From the IMG/VR virus record IMGVR_UViG_3300042465_001115, positions 1-59,549 of that record: 59,549 nt of DNA. One strand, written 5' to 3'. Below the pieces are notes generated by a model that searched no databases, was not told the origin of the DNA, and was given only the letters and a program-made list of their open reading frames with translations. Of this stretch, positions 1 through 8,633 are shown piece by piece. Within the stretch, counting starts at the first letter, position 1. Every line of letters begins with the position of its first letter. Both the position numbers and the translations under genes were made by a program. Source of the DNA: a virus (lineage: Duplodnaviria; Caudoviricetes).

Positions 1-126
1 CACGAGATGAAGCTGTCCGTGCGTGGGTATGAGATACAGATCGAAGACCTGAGGTTGGCGCACGCTGAACTGCACGCCCTGAACGGGAAACTGCTGGAGG
101 CGTTGGTCAGCTTCACAAAGTCCGAC
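1..126. repeat. Terminal direct repeat, left copy (circular-assembly overlap)
   Basis: 1-126 is identical to 59390-59515, and the ORF starting at 59240 reads in frame across the junction. Confidence 0.95.
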
Positions 127-204
127 TACATCAAGAAGCAGCACCCGAAGCGTTACGCGGCAGCGGTTGCTGCCATCGCCAAGGCAGAAGGAGAACCGAA
201 ATGA
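7..204 (+). CDS. 3' part of a 117-aa early protein that starts at 59240 (LLEAL...AIAKAEGE C-terminal module)
   Basis: In frame with ATG 59240 via the terminal repeat; its stop overlaps the next ATG (ATGA). Confidence 0.8.
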   Translation: MKLSVRGYEIQIEDLRLAHAELHALNGKLLEALVSFTKSDYIKKQHPKRYAAAVAAIAKAEGEPK

Positions 205-479
205 GTCACACACTGGGGCCATGGAAAATCTCTGATCGGCCACGAAAGAGTTTCGCTAGTGGCGAGTTGATGTACCGCGTTGACGGGCCTGAAATCCTTT
301 TTGATTACGAAGACTGGGGGTATACGAAGGAGTCAGCCAGCCTGATCGCCGCCGCGCCGGAACTGCTGGAGGCGTTGCGGCTGGTGGTTCACCTGAACGA
401 GCGCGACGTACCAATGACTGACGAGGAACTGCGCGTTTGTCGCGCCGCCATCGCCAAAGCAGAAGGAGAAGCGAAATGA
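201..479 (+). CDS. Small early phage protein (HTxGPW...AAAPELLEAL...AIAKAEGE type)
   Basis: AAGGAG RBS, ATGA coupling at both ends, common modular phage motif. Confidence 0.8.
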   Translation: MSHTLGPWKISDRPRKSFASGELMYRVDGPEILFDYEDWGYTKESASLIAAAPELLEALRLVVHLNERDVPMTDEELRVCRAAIAKAEGEAK

Positions 480-634
480 GCGAGTACACGATAAGTGAGC
501 CACCAAAGTACGTCGGAGGCTACCGTATCGGAGGCCCGCTTGGCGTGCACTTCCTCCTGAGGACAAAGCCCAACTTGCTCCACCGCACGATGATGCGGCT
601 ATGCATGGGCTGGGAATGGGTGGATACGATATGA
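476..634 (+). CDS. Hypothetical protein, 52 aa (MSEYTISEPPK...)
   Basis: AAGGAG RBS; ATGA overlaps at both ends. Confidence 0.75.
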   Translation: MSEYTISEPPKYVGGYRIGGPLGVHFLLRTKPNLLHRTMMRLCMGWEWVDTI

Positions 635-861
635 CAACATGGCACAAAGGCCCGCCGCCATCTATCGGCTGGTGGCCTGCGAGTTGGAACCGCAATCCGA
701 GAATACTGCGCTACTACAACGGCGAATGGTGGAGCATTGTTGTGTCGTGTTATATGACTGCCAAGGAAGCCGGTGAGCGCGCACGCGAAAAAGAACCTTG
801 GCAAAAAGACATCGAATGGACAGACCGGCCCGCATCGTGGCCTGAGAGGAGCCGCACATGA
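631..861 (+). CDS. Trp-rich hypothetical protein, 76 aa (MTTWHKGPPPSIGWW...)
   Basis: ATGA-coupled to both neighbours. Confidence 0.75.
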   Translation: MTTWHKGPPPSIGWWPASWNRNPRILRYYNGEWWSIVVSCYMTAKEAGERAREKEPWQKDIEWTDRPASWPERSRT

Positions 862-1070
862 AGTGCCCCCACTGCCAAGTGTGGACATCAGTGCTGCGCA
901 CGGAGGCTACCAAGCGCATACGTGAGTGCGCCAACGGGCATAGGTTCCGCACCGTGGAGATGCTCGCGGACCGGGTGGAGTACATGGAGCAACAAGTACA
1001 GGCAAGGGCTGAGAAGGCTAGGCGTGTGTTGCAAGAGAAGGGTTACTTGTGCAAACCCGCCGCCGTGTGA
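858..1070 (+). CDS. Zinc-ribbon protein (Ogr/Delta- or NrdR-N-like), possible transcription regulator
   Basis: MKCPHC...RIRECANGHRFRTVE pattern; GAGGAG RBS. Confidence 0.65.
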   Translation: MKCPHCQVWTSVLRTEATKRIRECANGHRFRTVEMLADRVEYMEQQVQARAEKARRVLQEKGYLCKPAAV

Positions 1071-1124
1071 TATACCGACAGGGCCACAACACACTGCCAC
1101 GGACCACCCCCGTGGCGTACTGCC

Positions 1125-1775
1125 ATGCGCCTGACGCATTCCTACTCATCCATCAAGCTGTTTGAGAACTGCCCCCTGCGGTACTACCGACAGCGTATCC
1201 GCAAGGATGTCAGCGACCAGGGCGGGGAGGCATCGAAGTATGGCGAGCGGATACATGCTCTGCTGGAGGCTAGGCTGAAGGGGTCAGAGATCGACCAAGA
1301 AGTTGTGGCGTACGACCCGTTGTGTGCTTCCGTCGAGAAGTTGGCACGAGAGGGGGAGCTTCACATCGAGAAGGAACTTGTGCTGAACGAGAACCTGCAC
1401 CCCACCGGGTGGTGGGAGCCTGACGCATGGCTACGCAGCAAGCTCGATGTGCTGGTACTGCGTGGTCCTGACGCTGTGGTGATGGACTGGAAGACCGGCA
1501 AGCGAAACCCGGACTTCTTCCAGATGCAGATCTTCGCTGCCCAGGTGTTCAAGCACTACCCGGATGTGCACCGGGTGCGGACCTCACTGGTGTGGCTGAA
1601 GACCCTGGAGATGGACACAGAGATGTACACACGTGTCAACATCAACTCAGCCTGGGCTGAGATCATGGCTCGCATCCAGCGTATCCACGACGCCTACACC
1701 AACGACAACTGGCCTGCGCGACCGAGTGGACTGTGCAAGTTCTGCCCTGCGCGGGACACCTGCGAATTCGCTTGA
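1125..1775 (+). CDS. PD-(D/E)XK Cas4/RecB-like exonuclease
   Basis: SYSSIKLFENCP, KLDVL, MDWKTGK, QMQIF and C-terminal CKFCPARDTC (4-Cys cluster). Confidence 0.85.
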   Translation: MRLTHSYSSIKLFENCPLRYYRQRIRKDVSDQGGEASKYGERIHALLEARLKGSEIDQEVVAYDPLCASVEKLAREGELHIEKELVLNENLHPTGWWEPDAWLRSKLDVLVLRGPDAVVMDWKTGKRNPDFFQMQIFAAQVFKHYPDVHRVRTSLVWLKTLEMDTEMYTRVNINSAWAEIMARIQRIHDAYTNDNWPARPSGLCKFCPARDTCEFA

Positions 1776-1799
1776 CACAAACGTAAGGCTGTGTATCAT
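1772..1799 (+). promoter_or_regulatory. Sigma70-type promoter TTGACA-16-TATCAT
   Basis: TTGACA at 1772-1777 and TATCAT at 1794-1799, upstream of the VRR-NUC/helicase/SSB block. Confidence 0.6.
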
Positions 1800-2106
1800 G
1801 GGCAGCTTGACACCTGAGGGCAAGATCAAACGCCGAGTGCGCGAGGTCTTGCAGGCACACAAGATCTGGTACTTCCTGCCGGGGAACAACGGCTTCGGCA
1901 AGTCAGGCATCCCAGACTTCGTGTGCATCGTGGACGGCGGGTTCGTTGGCATCGAATGCAAGGCTGACAAGACCAAGAATCCCACGGCTCTGCAAGTGGC
2001 AACGGGCGAGCAGATCGTACTAGCCGGTGGGCGGTGGTTCCTGGTGCGGTGCGACGAAGACGTGGCAGAACTAGACAAGTGGTTGAGACAAGATGCTGGT
2101 AGTTGA
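1798..2106 (+). CDS. VRR-NUC domain nuclease (Holliday junction resolvase-like)
   Basis: TPEGKIK...GIPDF...IECKA...PTALQ motifs; start is ATG 1798 or TTG 1807. Confidence 0.85.
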   Translation: MGSLTPEGKIKRRVREVLQAHKIWYFLPGNNGFGKSGIPDFVCIVDGGFVGIECKADKTKNPTALQVATGEQIVLAGGRWFLVRCDEDVAELDKWLRQDAGS

Positions 2107-3646
2107 GCGGGCCAAGGCCCTGGCACTGAAGCTGAACAACCCCGAGCGGGTGCTCAGTGCCATACCCACAGCCAGACCTTACGAGGTGCGTGGCGTGCCC
2201 ATCGTGGTGGCACCACACAGGCTGGACGAGGTACGTGTCCTGCGCAACCTGGGGATCAAGGCACCGAGCCCCATCCTGCACTACTATGACTGGCCCGGTG
2301 GGCTCACCCCATACGACCATCAACGGGAGACGGCAGCGTTCCTCACGCTGAACCAGCGTGCCCTGGTGCTCAACGAGATCGGCACCGGCAAGACGCAATC
2401 CGCGCTGTGGGCTGCGGACTATCTGATCAAGACCCGGCAAGTCAGTAAGGTACTCATCCTCTCACCCCTCAGTACGTTGGAGCGTGTGTGGGCGGACGGT
2501 ATCTTCAAGGGGCTCATCCACCGCAAGTTCGCCGTGCTGCACGGCACCGCTGAGAAGCGACTCAAGCGGCTGTCCACCGACGTGGACTTCTACATCTGCA
2601 ACCACGACGGCTTCCCCATCATTGCGGAGAAGGCCATCGGGATGTTCGACCTCATCATCGTGGATGAGGCTGCGGTGTACCGCAATCCGCAGACGCAGAG
2701 GTTCAAGCTGTTCCGCAAATGGATGGACCAGAACACCACAGCACGTTTGTGGTTGATGACCGGCACGCCGACCCCTAACGACCCGACAGACGCCTGGGCA
2801 CTGGCGAAGCTGGTCAACAGCCCATACTGCACCAAGACGTTCACAGCCTTCCGCGAACAGGTGATGATGAAGATCGGGCAGTGGAAGTTCGTCCCGCGCC
2901 CCGAGTCCGTGGAGGTCGTAAAGCACATCCTGCAACCGGCTGTGCGGTACACACGGGACGAGTGCTTCGACCTACCTGAGACCATCGTGCAGACCCGGCA
3001 GGTGGAACTCACACCCGAACAGAGGAAGCACTTCACTCAGATGCTGCGCCACTTCGTGACCGAAGCGGCTGCGGAGGGGACCATCACCGCAGTCAACGAG
3101 GCGGTGAAGGTCCAGAAGTTGGTGCAGATCGCCTGCGGCGTGGCGTATGGCGATGACGGTCAGAACATCGAGATCGACTGCACACCACGCATCAACTTGG
3201 TAAAGGAGGTGATCGAAGAAGCAGGAGAGAAAGTCATCCTGTTCGTACCACTGACCGGTACGCTGCACATGCTGGAGAAGGAACTGTCCAAGCACTTCAC
3301 CGTAGCCGTGGTCAACGGGGAGGTCAGCGCACCGAAGCGCAACAAGATCTTCCACGACTTCCAGCACGGCAGGGACCCACAGGTTCTCATCGCCCACCCT
3401 GGGACGATGGCCCACGGGCTAACCCTGACGACAGCATCGACCATCATCTGGTACGGTCCCATCAACAGCAACGAGGTGTACGTCCAGGCCAACGGACGTA
3501 TCGAGCGCATCGGCAAGAAGCGTGTGTCCAACGTCATCCACATCGAGGCCACAGACCTTGAGCACAAGATGTACGAGCGACTGAAGAACAAGCAGAAGCT
3601 GCAAGGCGTGCTGCTTGACCTCATCCAAGAACAGACAAGGAAGTGA
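2093..3646 (+). CDS. SNF2-family (SF2) helicase
   Basis: EIGTGKT, IVDEAA, MTGTP, HGLTLT and QANGRIERIG helicase motifs. Confidence 0.9.
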   Translation: MLVVERAKALALKLNNPERVLSAIPTARPYEVRGVPIVVAPHRLDEVRVLRNLGIKAPSPILHYYDWPGGLTPYDHQRETAAFLTLNQRALVLNEIGTGKTQSALWAADYLIKTRQVSKVLILSPLSTLERVWADGIFKGLIHRKFAVLHGTAEKRLKRLSTDVDFYICNHDGFPIIAEKAIGMFDLIIVDEAAVYRNPQTQRFKLFRKWMDQNTTARLWLMTGTPTPNDPTDAWALAKLVNSPYCTKTFTAFREQVMMKIGQWKFVPRPESVEVVKHILQPAVRYTRDECFDLPETIVQTRQVELTPEQRKHFTQMLRHFVTEAAAEGTITAVNEAVKVQKLVQIACGVAYGDDGQNIEIDCTPRINLVKEVIEEAGEKVILFVPLTGTLHMLEKELSKHFTVAVVNGEVSAPKRNKIFHDFQHGRDPQVLIAHPGTMAHGLTLTTASTIIWYGPINSNEVYVQANGRIERIGKKRVSNVIHIEATDLEHKMYERLKNKQKLQGVLLDLIQEQTRK

Positions 3647-3648
3647 TC

Positions 3649-4095
3649 ATGAGCGAGCAAGAGGTTGCCTCCGATGTGAGGCAGAGGATCGGTGTCCCCA
3701 ACATCGGGGATGTCATCCGCACATACATGGCCCTGCGCAGCCAGAAGGATGCCATCGAGGCAGAGATGAAGTCCCGTGTGGACGGCATCAAGGCCAACAT
3801 GGCGAAGCTGGAAGCGTGGATCAAGGAGAAGGCGGACGAGCAGGGGGTCACATCCTTCAAGTCCGACTTCGGCACTGCGTTCCTGACCACCACCGACTAC
3901 GCGAACGTGGCTGACTGGGACGCCGTGCTGGACTTCGTCCGTACGAATGAAGCGTACGACATGCTGGAGAAGCGCATCAGCAAGATCGCTGTGCGTGGCT
4001 ACATCCAGCAGAACAAGACCGTTCCCCCCGGTGTGAACTACGGCACCAAGCTGGAGGTGAACATTCGCAAGCCCGGTGCCAAGGCAGAGGAGTAG
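3649..4095 (+). CDS. Conserved phage replication-region protein with coiled-coil N-terminus
   Basis: Lies between helicase and SSB; typical codon usage; DWDAV and PPGV motifs. Confidence 0.75.
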   Translation: MSEQEVASDVRQRIGVPNIGDVIRTYMALRSQKDAIEAEMKSRVDGIKANMAKLEAWIKEKADEQGVTSFKSDFGTAFLTTTDYANVADWDAVLDFVRTNEAYDMLEKRISKIAVRGYIQQNKTVPPGVNYGTKLEVNIRKPGAKAEE

Positions 4096-4097
4096 AC

Positions 4098-4436
4098 ATG
4101 GGACTGAAGAGCATGATACGTAGGTGGCTGGACAGTGATGTCCCGCAGCCAACTGAGCAGTCACCTAGCTTCGGACACGGATTCATGAACATGGTGTCCG
4201 AGACCCAGGCTGCGGTTGTGGCGTGGAAGATCGAGAACGGCTACATCGTCATGCAGCGAGGCAACCAGTACTCGGACCGAGCCGGAACCTTTCGATACTG
4301 CGCTGACACGCAGGCCATCGCAGACTTCATCGCAACGGTCACTGCGAGGGAAGCCATGATGTCCGGCAGCGACATCAAAAAACATCATGCAGCACAGGCG
4401 TACGCTGCCCAGAAGTCCGCCAACTCATCCTTCTAA
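4098..4436 (+). CDS. Hypothetical protein, 112 aa
   Basis: GAGGAG RBS; fills the gap in the operon. Confidence 0.75.
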   Translation: MGLKSMIRRWLDSDVPQPTEQSPSFGHGFMNMVSETQAAVVAWKIENGYIVMQRGNQYSDRAGTFRYCADTQAIADFIATVTAREAMMSGSDIKKHHAAQAYAAQKSANSSF

Positions 4437-4445
4437 GGAACCCAC

Positions 4446-5447
4446 ATGAGCAACATCGTCCCCGTGAACATCCAGATCCCCGCCCACCTTGCTGCCCGCA
4501 TCGGTGCCCCGTCTACGCTGACGCAGTCCCTTGCCGGTGGCCTGTCCCAAGGTGGCGGCTTCCCCAAGATCTCCATCAAGTCCAGTCGCTTCCGTATCCA
4601 GGAGGGCGATGCTGAGACCGTGCTCGACACGCTGACCCTGGATGTGGTCATCGTCGGTGCCAACCCCAAGCTGTCGAAGACGTGGTACGCCAAGGCATGG
4701 TCCCAGGACTCCGAGCCGCAGGCACCTGAGTGCTTCTCGCTGGATGGTGTGAGCCCTGACATGCAGTCCACCGACCCGCAGAACGACCTGTGTGCGTCCT
4801 GCCCGCACAACGCATGGGGCTCCAAGATCGGTCCGTCCGGGCAGCAACTGAAGGCGTGCAGCGACCGCAAGCGTCTGGCTGTGGTGGCAGCGGACGATCC
4901 GTCCGGTCCGGTGTACCTGCTGGAAGTCACCCCGGCTGCGCTCAAGGGGCTGAACCAGTATCAGAACGAACTGCGTATGCGCGGCATCCCTGCCGAAGTG
5001 GTGAAGACCAAGGTGTCGTTCGACCCCAGTGCCTCGTTCCCGAAGCTGGCCTTCGGCTTCGGCGGCTTCATGGAGGCAGAGACGCAGCAAGTTGTTGACG
5101 CGCTCTTCGGCTCCGACCAAGTGCGTGAGATCACGGGCGAGATGGCCCGCCAACCGGTTGAGGTGCCGAAGATCGCGGCACCGAAGGCTGCACCGAAACC
5201 CGCTGTCGTGGCTGCTCCCGCCCCGGCTCCTACCCCTGCACCCGCCCCTGCACCGGCAGCGGCTCCGGTGGCTGCGAAGCGTGGTTTCGGTGCACCCAAG
5301 GCAGCGGCTCCGGCCCCTGCGCCTGTGGCGGCGAAGCCCGTGAAGGCAGCGGCTCCTGCACCGGCTGCGGCTCCTGCTGCGGCAGCGAGTTCGCTGGCCG
5401 ATGAGATCGCCGCGCTCGTCGGTGAGGTAGCGGCAGATGACGCCTAA
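4446..5447 (+). CDS. Probable single-stranded DNA-binding protein with a Cys cluster, Ala/Pro linker and acidic tail
   Basis: CFSLDG...CASCPHN...KACS; C-terminus EVAADDA; replication context. Confidence 0.65.
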   Translation: MSNIVPVNIQIPAHLAARIGAPSTLTQSLAGGLSQGGGFPKISIKSSRFRIQEGDAETVLDTLTLDVVIVGANPKLSKTWYAKAWSQDSEPQAPECFSLDGVSPDMQSTDPQNDLCASCPHNAWGSKIGPSGQQLKACSDRKRLAVVAADDPSGPVYLLEVTPAALKGLNQYQNELRMRGIPAEVVKTKVSFDPSASFPKLAFGFGGFMEAETQQVVDALFGSDQVREITGEMARQPVEVPKIAAPKAAPKPAVVAAPAPAPTPAPAPAPAAAPVAAKRGFGAPKAAAPAPAPVAAKPVKAAAPAPAAAPAAAASSLADEIAALVGEVAADDA

Positions 5448-5721
5448 GCCCATCGACTTCGCCAAGGTCGAGGCTCTGCGCAAGCACATGCTACTGACGA
5501 CAACGGACATGGCCAAGTTGCTTGGTGTGTCCCGGATGACGTACTATGGCTGGGTCAGGGGGAAGGCCCTGCGCAAGACCAACGACGAGACCGTCCGCAC
5601 TATGCTTCGCAGGCTTCTGGCAGTCATGACCGACCACGCATGGCCCATGCCCGAAGTCATTGCCGCAGGCCAACCACAACGGTTCGCTCGGCTGAAGCAG
5701 ATCCTGGACGGTGATAAGTAG
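5437..5721 (+). CDS. XRE/Cro-like helix-turn-helix protein
   Basis: LRKHMLLTTTDMAKLLGVSRMTYYGW. Confidence 0.8.
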   Translation: MTPKPIDFAKVEALRKHMLLTTTDMAKLLGVSRMTYYGWVRGKALRKTNDETVRTMLRRLLAVMTDHAWPMPEVIAAGQPQRFARLKQILDGDK

Positions 5722-5724
5722 GGC

Positions 5725-5750
5725 AGTGAGGGGAGCAATCCCCTCACTTT
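5725..5750 (+). terminator. Hairpin or weak intrinsic terminator before the primase gene
   Basis: AGTGAGGGGA-GCAA-TCCCCTCACT followed by only a short T run. Confidence 0.55.
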
Positions 5751-5759
5751 CGCAGGGGC

Positions 5760-8633
5760 ATGATGGACACGTTGAACTTCCTTCAGCGGGTTCTTCCGTC
5801 ATCGGGTTTCTACGTCACAGCCGTCATCAACACTGGTGAAGGTGCAAGGCATGGATTCTTCTCGACGGTAGAGGACCTCACACGGGCGGTGACCGCTTCC
5901 GACAAACGCGGCAACAACACGTACTACGCCATCTCAGCGTTCGCTGAGAAGGGGCGGCGAACACAGGACAACGCACGGGCAGTCAAGGTACTGGCGCTCG
6001 ATGTGGACTGTGGACCGAACAAGCCATACGCCACGAAGGGGGACGGTGTCGCTGCACTGGCGAAGTTCCTCAAGGACACACGGCTTCCACGGCCGATGAT
6101 CGTGGACTCAGGCAACGGACTGCATGTTTACTGGTGTCTGACTGAGGAAGTGCCGCTCGAGCAGTGGAAGCCCGTGGCACTTGCGCTCAAGGCTGCGTGC
6201 CAGGACAGGGAGTTCCACATCGACCCAGCCGTACCCGGCGACAGTGCCCGCGTACTGCGACCTGTGGGGACGACCAACCCGAAGAGCAGCACACAGGTCA
6301 CGCTACTGGCCGATGCGCCTGACTACGACCTGAGCACCATCACCGCAGCACTGGCACCATTCGCAGCCAGGACGAAGCTGGGTGTTCCCAGCGTTACGCC
6401 GGCGACGGTGCAGCACACATCCACCAGCACGTTGACCAGTGCGTTGCAGGTCAAGCAGGACTTCCCTCCTGCCATCGCAGGCGTGGTATACGCCAAGTGC
6501 CAGCAGATCAACTGGGCGGTGAAGAATCAGGCCGAGGTGCCTGAGCCCCTGTGGTACGACCTGATCGGTGTGGCTGCGCACTGCACGGAGCCTGAGGCTA
6601 CGGCCATCGCATGGAGCGACCAGCACCCGGACTTCAACGCACAGGTCACGCTCCACAAGTTGGAGCACTGGCGCAACTCTGCCACCGGACCAACAACGTG
6701 CAGCAAGTTTGAGGCTGACAGACCGGGCGGCTGCAAGGGATGCAAGTTCAGAGACAAGATCGGCTCACCCGCCCGCCTGGGTGTGCAGTACCAAGAGGTC
6801 AAGCCCAGCACGGATGTGCCCGCATTCGTCTCGACGGATGTGCCCCTGCCGCGCCCGTTCAAGCGCACCGTGGATGGGCTGAAGGCTGTGATCGATGACA
6901 CCGACATCGACGTGTGCAAGTTCGACATCTACCCCGTAGCCTATGGCAAGGACGAGGGTCTGGGCTACGAGACTGTGCGCTACTGCTGGAAGCGACCGCA
7001 CTCAGGGTGGACCGAACTGTCGCTGCGGCAGGCGTACCTCACGGTCCCTCGCATCAAGGACTTCACCACCGAGATAGCTGACCAGGGCATCGTGCTCGCT
7101 GGCGTTCGACAAACGGAGTACTTTCAACTCATGCTGCGCTCGTACATGGATGAACTACGGCAGAAGCGTGCCATGACGAACCTGTACTCCACGATGGGGT
7201 GGAAGGACAACTTCTCTCAGTTCGTCATTGGCGACACGATCCTGCGCCGTACCGAGGACGGTACCGTCACCTCTGAAGATGTCACCCTGTCTGCTGGCAG
7301 CGCCCGCTTGGGCCATGAGTTGTATGGCACCGCAGGGGAACTCAGCGAGTGGATCGACTTCACCCGCCTCATCGACCGCACCGGACTGCACGCGCACTCC
7401 TTCGCCCTGGGTGTAGGTCTGTCGTCTGCGTTGTATGCGTTCACCGGGCTCAAGGGTCTCACCGTGTCGCTGTACGGTCCGACCGGTGGTGGTAAGACGC
7501 TGGCCCAGTACTGGGTGCAGTCGATCTACGGCAACCCGGACAAGCTGCACTTCGCAGCCAAGTTCACGCAGAACTCCCTGTTCAGTCGTATGGGGCTGTA
7601 CTGCCACATGCCCATGACCATCGATGAGGTCACCATGATGGACGACAAGGAGGTGGGAGACTTCGCCTACTGGGTGTCGCAGGGCAGGGACAAGGCGCGG
7701 ATGACCCGCAATGCCGAGGAGCGAGACGCACGTACCTGGGCTATGCCTGTGGTGGTATCCACCAACAAGTCCATGCAGTCCAAGCTCATCGCCTCCGGCC
7801 TCGACACGGACGCACAGATGGCCCGTATCCTGGAGGTCAGCGTACCCCCGCACCCCATGTTCACCAAGGACAGCATGGCAGGGCGGCGGATCTATCAGTT
7901 CCTCATGAGCAACTACGGCCACGTCGGTCGAGCATTCGTCAGCAAGTTGCTGGAACTCGGTCCTGACGGATGCAAGGCCGCCATCGCAGAAGCGACGGCC
8001 ACGTTCAACAAGCGGTACCAGTGCAAGTTCGCAGGCGAGGAGCGGTTCTGGGAGCAAGCCATCATCATGGCCGACCTTGCCTCCACGATGGCGAAGGACT
8101 GGGGCCTGATACAGCACGACCCGCGCCCCGGCGTGGAGTGGACCCTAGCCCAGGTGGGTGCCATCAGGCGCACCGTGCAAGAGAGCAAGCTCGATGCGTT
8201 CGACATGCTGTCGGACTACCTCAACGACTGCGCGGACACAGCCGTCACCGTCATGCACACCGGCACGCAGAAGCCCACCGTGGACTTCAGCCGTATGCCA
8301 CGCAACGACATCCGTGTGCGGTTCGACGTGTACCGCAAGAGTGCTTCCGAGGCGTTCAACTACGGTACGGTCTTCCTCGACCGGGCGCACTTCCGGCGCT
8401 GGCTGTCACAGCGAGGCGCCGACTACAAGACCTTCATCCAGGAACTTACTGAGGAGTCTGCGATTGCCACGCCTTCGTCGAAGAAGGCGTACCTCGGCAA
8501 GGACACCCCGGCTAAGCTCGGTCAGGTCTACGTGATCGGCGTGAACCTGAACCACCCGCGCTTGCAGGGCATCCTTGACGAAGCAGACCAGTCCTACGAG
8601 AACATGGCCTTCGGCCAACTCAAGGCTGTGTGA
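5760..8633 (+). CDS. Primase-helicase (AEP/RepB-like primase, Cys-rich domain, DUF927-type P-loop helicase)
   Basis: LDVD, SGNGLHVYW, RVLRPVGT, CSKF..GCKGC, GPTGGGKT, TIDE. Confidence 0.85.
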   Translation: MMDTLNFLQRVLPSSGFYVTAVINTGEGARHGFFSTVEDLTRAVTASDKRGNNTYYAISAFAEKGRRTQDNARAVKVLALDVDCGPNKPYATKGDGVAALAKFLKDTRLPRPMIVDSGNGLHVYWCLTEEVPLEQWKPVALALKAACQDREFHIDPAVPGDSARVLRPVGTTNPKSSTQVTLLADAPDYDLSTITAALAPFAARTKLGVPSVTPATVQHTSTSTLTSALQVKQDFPPAIAGVVYAKCQQINWAVKNQAEVPEPLWYDLIGVAAHCTEPEATAIAWSDQHPDFNAQVTLHKLEHWRNSATGPTTCSKFEADRPGGCKGCKFRDKIGSPARLGVQYQEVKPSTDVPAFVSTDVPLPRPFKRTVDGLKAVIDDTDIDVCKFDIYPVAYGKDEGLGYETVRYCWKRPHSGWTELSLRQAYLTVPRIKDFTTEIADQGIVLAGVRQTEYFQLMLRSYMDELRQKRAMTNLYSTMGWKDNFSQFVIGDTILRRTEDGTVTSEDVTLSAGSARLGHELYGTAGELSEWIDFTRLIDRTGLHAHSFALGVGLSSALYAFTGLKGLTVSLYGPTGGGKTLAQYWVQSIYGNPDKLHFAAKFTQNSLFSRMGLYCHMPMTIDEVTMMDDKEVGDFAYWVSQGRDKARMTRNAEERDARTWAMPVVVSTNKSMQSKLIASGLDTDAQMARILEVSVPPHPMFTKDSMAGRRIYQFLMSNYGHVGRAFVSKLLELGPDGCKAAIAEATATFNKRYQCKFAGEERFWEQAIIMADLASTMAKDWGLIQHDPRPGVEWTLAQVGAIRRTVQESKLDAFDMLSDYLNDCADTAVTVMHTGTQKPTVDFSRMPRNDIRVRFDVYRKSASEAFNYGTVFLDRAHFRRWLSQRGADYKTFIQELTEESAIATPSSKKAYLGKDTPAKLGQVYVIGVNLNHPRLQGILDEADQSYENMAFGQLKAV

